Positions 60,262 through 64,000 of a stretch of DNA of 64,000 nucleotides are shown here, piece by piece. Positions within the stretch are counted from its first letter, which is position 1. Every line of letters begins with the position of its first letter. Made by a program: the position numbers and the translations under genes. The DNA is taken from the NCBI RefSeq assembly GCF_020745735.1, contig NC_083409.1, forward strand, positions 13,019,259 through 13,083,258, given 5' to 3'. The notes beneath the pieces were generated by a model that made no database searches, was not told the origin of the DNA, and worked only from the letters and a program-made list of their open reading frames with translations. The DNA comes from Hemiscyllium ocellatum (lineage: Eukaryota).

Positions 60262-60690
60262 GGGAGAAAGTGAGGTCTGCAGATGCTGGAGATCAGAACT
60301 GAAAATGTGTTGCTGGAAAAGCGCAGCAGGTCAGGCAGCATCCAAGGAATAGGAAATTCGACGTTCGGACATAAGCCCTTCATCAGGAATGAGGAAAGTG
60401 TGTCCAGCAGGCTAAGATAAAAGGTAGGGAGGAGGGACTTGGGGGAGGGGCGATGGAGATGTGATAGGTGGAAGGAGGTCAAGGTAAGGGTGATATGCTG
60501 GAGTGGGGTGGGGGCGGAGAGTTCAGGAAGAAGATTGCAGGTTAGGAGGGCGGTGCTGAGTTCGAGGGAATCAACTGAGACAAGGTGGGGGGAGGGGAAA
60601 TGAGGAAACTGGAGAAATCTGAGTTCATCCCTTGTGGTTGGAGGGTTCCCAGGCGGAAGATGAGGCGCTCTTCCTCCAACCGTCGTGGAG
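60262..60690 (-). mobile_element. Penelope-like (Neptune-type) element 3' end: endonuclease C-terminus plus pLTR
   Basis: Minus translation RRLEEERLIFRLGTLQPQGMNSDF*, then a pyrimidine-rich UTR, then the hammerhead-bearing repeat found throughout the window. Confidence 0.8.
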
Positions 60691-62820
60691 GAAACAACTG
60701 CCCCACTCTGGAGAAAAGATCTTCACTGCTATTCACTCTATCTATGCCCCTCATGATTTTATGAACCGTTATATTGTCACCCCTCAGTCTCCAAAGTTGC
60801 AGGGAAAATATCCTCAGCCTAATCAGCCTCTCTAGATAGCTCAGACCCTCCAACCCTGGCAACATCATTGTAAATCTTTTCTGAAGCATTTTAAGATTCA
60901 CATCATTATTCCTGTAGCAGGGAGACCAGAATTGCACACAGTATTCCAAAAGTGCCCTAACCAATGTCCTGTACAGCCGCAACAGCTCCCAACTCCAATA
61001 CTCAATGCACTGCCCAATAAAGGAAGGCATGGCAAATGACTTCGTCACCCCCCTACCTACCTGCAACTCCACTTTAAAGGAGCTATACTTTTTTTTGGAT
61101 GAACTGGGAATCCTTCAGTTGTGAAAGATGCCATTCCATGTCACCATTGGAGGAAGAGCAGGCAGTTCCCCCAGTGCCCTGGTCAATACTTATACCCCAA
61201 TCAAAATCAATAAAAATCTAATTCCCTGCTAATTATCATAATGTGTTTGGGATCTTACTGTGCAGAGTCTGCTGGAAAGAGCCATTGGGGCATCCTCAGT
61301 TGGGGACAGGTGCTACACAAATTCAAGTCTTTCTTTAAAGTTGGAGCTTCCTGATCCTGACCCTCACCCATTGTCCGTGCACTCTCACCTTCCAGGGGTC
61401 ATTGAGTCATTAGGAGAAGTGACCTTGGCTGACCCTGGGGCAGTGAGACTCTTTGTAGCCTCACCCTTGACCTCAGCCCATTGGTGTGCAGCAAGGTTTG
61501 AAATGTAATCTGGAACCTTCCACATGGACACCCAATGAAGTATGTGGATCCAAGTCTGCTCCAATGTTCTCGGATAAAGTTCTCCTGATCTGTGGGTGAT
61601 AGCAGGTTTGTTAAAGATGTCTCGAGCTCCATCCCACTTTCCAGCTTTTGCTCCATAGCTCTGGAGGTTTCGCTGCTTCAAGTGAATAACCAAGTGTTTT
61701 TTCAATGTGATGATGGTTTTGGCCTCTCCCACCCTTTCAGTCAGTAAGTCCCAGATCTCACCAGCCTCTGGGTGGAAACAGTTACTCCTCAACTCCCCTC
61801 AAACCCTGCCCCAATTCATTTCAATCTCTCCCCATGGCTATTGCTTCTCTGCTGATGGAAATCAGTCCTTCCTACTCACTCTGTCCAGGGCCCTCATCAT
61901 TTTACACGCCTCGAATACTCCACCATTCAAAGTGATCATGGCTGATCATCCAACACAATCACCTGTTCCTGTTTTCTCCCCACATTCTTTGATCTCTTTA
62001 ATCCTAAGAACAATATCTAATTCCTTCTTGACACATACCACATCTAATTCCCTCATACTGGAGGAATGGATGAGAATTATTAGGTTGTTATTTTTTGACC
62101 AGTCTGGACACAATGGGCTGATGGGCCTTTTGGGTCTCTATGATTCTATGATTGTATATTATGAATAACTGGGTACCAAGGACTGACCCCTGTAGTATGA
62201 CATTTGGTAACTACGTGACATTCAGAAAAAAGACTTGTTGTTTCTGTCCTGTCTGCCAACCAGTTCCCAATCCATGTCAGTACATGACCCCCAATCCTCT
62301 TGTTCGTTGGGATTTCCCTGATTCGGTTGGACATACTTCATCCTGTCAGCTCTTTGCTTTCCTCAGGTCCTGTTCAATGTCACCCCTGCATTTTCTGTCC
62401 TCCTCTCAGCTTTCTGCAGGTTTGATCTCCAGATAACCAACATCACCATCCCTGTTTGGTCTTCCCTACTCTGCTGCTATTTGATATCCCAGGCTGAGAG
62501 TCTATATTTGGGAGTCTCACCCTTACTCATTGTGGGAACAGATTCTGAACAATCTCTGTCTCATCCTTCGTGGCCTCCCACTGCCCTGATACTGATTTTC
62601 CATCATGTACTTGGTTTCAGTCCACTTTGCTAAATCACCGCACAGTTTAGTAAAATAGTTCATTCCCAAATGAAAACTTTTACACTTGCTCCATGGTTCT
62701 CCATTTCCATCCATACTCTCAATCTCACTGAGTTCTGATCACTGTCACTAAACTGCTCCCCCATTGATAGCCCTTCCAGTTGCCCATATTCATTCCCTAA
62801 ACGATGGTCTAAAACTGTCC
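60690..62820 (-). mobile_element. CR1 LINE fragments interleaved with SINE remnants
   Basis: Minus ORF 60542-61072 (LLEYCVQFWSPCY...KRFTMMLPGLEG); further CR1 3' and endonuclease pieces at 61620-62820. Confidence 0.75.
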
Positions 62821-63049
62821 CTTCTCTTTCACTATCACCTTCGCAGGGGCAATTAGGGATGGGCAATAAATGCTGGAGCTGGCAGTGACTGTCATATCCC
62901 AAGAAGCAATTTGAACAATACCTGTTCTTTTATCGGGTTTATTCTGTATTGACTACAAATGTTCAATAAGATTATATTGCCAGTGAATATATTGAGAGTC
63001 AAAAGCCATTTGTTTGGCAGGGATTAAAATAATTTCTCTTGTCTTTCAG

Positions 63050-63377
63050 GCCGTGAGAACTCTCATCACAAACTGACCCTGCTGCCCCTCTCCCCAGAGC
63101 AGGTCAATGTCAAGGGCACTGCCACCCTGGTGTGCCTTGCCAATCACTTCTATCCCGATGAGCTGGAGGTGCAGTGGAAGAAGGACGGTGCAGTCATTTC
63201 AGACGGGGTTCAGACCAGCAACTACCTGCGAGCTTCGGACAGCACCTACAGTGTCAGCAGCCTGCTGACCCTCTCTGCGTCTGACTGGGAGTCCAATGCT
63301 CGTTTCTCCTGTGCCCTCACCCACGTGACCCTCCCCTCTCCCTCAGAAAGAGCATCAGGAGATCAGAATGTGTGTAG
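63050..63377 (+). pseudogene. Second sigma-cart/NS5 Ig light-chain constant exon with a 1-bp deletion near the 3' end (frameshifted reading runs to 63462)
   Basis: About 95% identical to copy 1. tctcccctcag has become tctccctcag at 63340-63342, so the C-terminus reads ...LPSPSERASGDQNV... and the original stop (63375-63377) is out of frame. It could be a homopolymer sequencing error. Confidence 0.8.
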
Positions 63378-63898
63378 AGCGTTGGAGACAGTCCACAGAG
63401 GAGACACAACTTTACTTAGAACAGGGCTGAGCTGGCAGGTCAAAGGTCATTGTCAGCACTGAATTTCAACTCTCTTCCTTGTCAGGACAGGCTCAGAGAT
63501 ACGTCTGAGGTTTGGATGTTGAAGTAGGTCACTGCGACAGTGTCGAGAGACTTTACGCTATGTCAAAGCTCATGCTGTCCTTGTCCGGGGAGTGTTTGAT
63601 AGGGAAGTGTTGACTGTATGCCAAGTAAAATCTCTTGAAGTTGCTGAAGACTGTCAGCTGTACAAAACAATGTGAACCTCAGAATTCTCTGCTTCAGTAA
63701 ACCAGATCTCCTTCCTGCTCAGCTGTCAGTTCCAATTTAAGGTTTTGTCACTGTTTAAAGGGACAGGATTCTCATGTTATTGAGCAATTCTCCACAAGTG
63801 TTTTCCTTAAGCTACATTGTGGCTGTGATTTTGAGCAGCTTCCTCTGTCTGGGCTGTTAATTGCAGTTTTTTTCTGTCAATGTGAATGTGGAAAAGGG

Positions 63899-63904
63899 AA
63901 TAAA
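63899..63904 (+). terminator. Probable polyadenylation signal of IgL C copy 2
   Basis: AATAAA at the position homologous to 53522, with GT-rich sequence downstream. Confidence 0.5.
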
Positions 63905-64000
63905 GATGAAGATTCAGTCTCTGTCTGGTGTATGCTTTGGAAATAGATGACCTTCCCCGCCCCCAGTTGATTGGCTGTATTTCAGCAGGTCATTGTCAAG

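Larger units (their letters stand above)
55246..63945 (+). repeat. Tandem segmental duplication unit B (contains IgL C copy 2)
   Basis: Collinear with unit A; the ORF track shows paired near-identical products (e.g. 44602/55463, 44703/55564, 47167/58018, 52748/63130). Confidence 0.9.

Noticed and set aside
1-64000. tRNA genes, rRNA, CRISPR arrays, or prokaryotic/viral systems
   Set aside because: None seen; the tRNA-like stretches are SINE heads, and the remaining short ORFs in the track are TE remnants or chance.

Overview
Eukaryotic genomic DNA from a cartilaginous fish (shark): the repeats are elasmobranch HE1-like and SacSINE-like SINEs plus CR1/L2/L1 LINEs, and the Ig constant exons are shark-type. 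Two loci lie on the + strand. (1) 1080-41539: the 3' 18 coding exons (about 975 aa plus stop, all splice phases compatible) of a CEP350-like gene. It jumps from the central coiled-coil region to the C-terminal domain with no room for the CAP-Gly-containing segment, so it may be the paralogue CCDC187 or a deleted CEP350 duplicate. (2) about 44380-64000: a roughly 10.5 kb tandem duplication in which each unit carries one Ig light-chain constant exon of the sigma-cart (type I / NS5) class. The copy at 52668-52996 is intact; the copy at 63050-63377 has a 1-bp deletion that removes the terminal Cys. I found no intact V, J or RSS upstream of either C exon, only a possible degenerate antisense V-set remnant in each unit. 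Penelope-like element ends carrying minimal hammerhead ribozyme cores recur across the window, often as fold-back palindromes, and include a young TSD-flanked, internally inverted Penelope insertion at 9811-11200. A 13-N assembly gap lies at 47629-47641. Repeat boundaries are approximate, and family assignments come from recalled sequences, not database searches.
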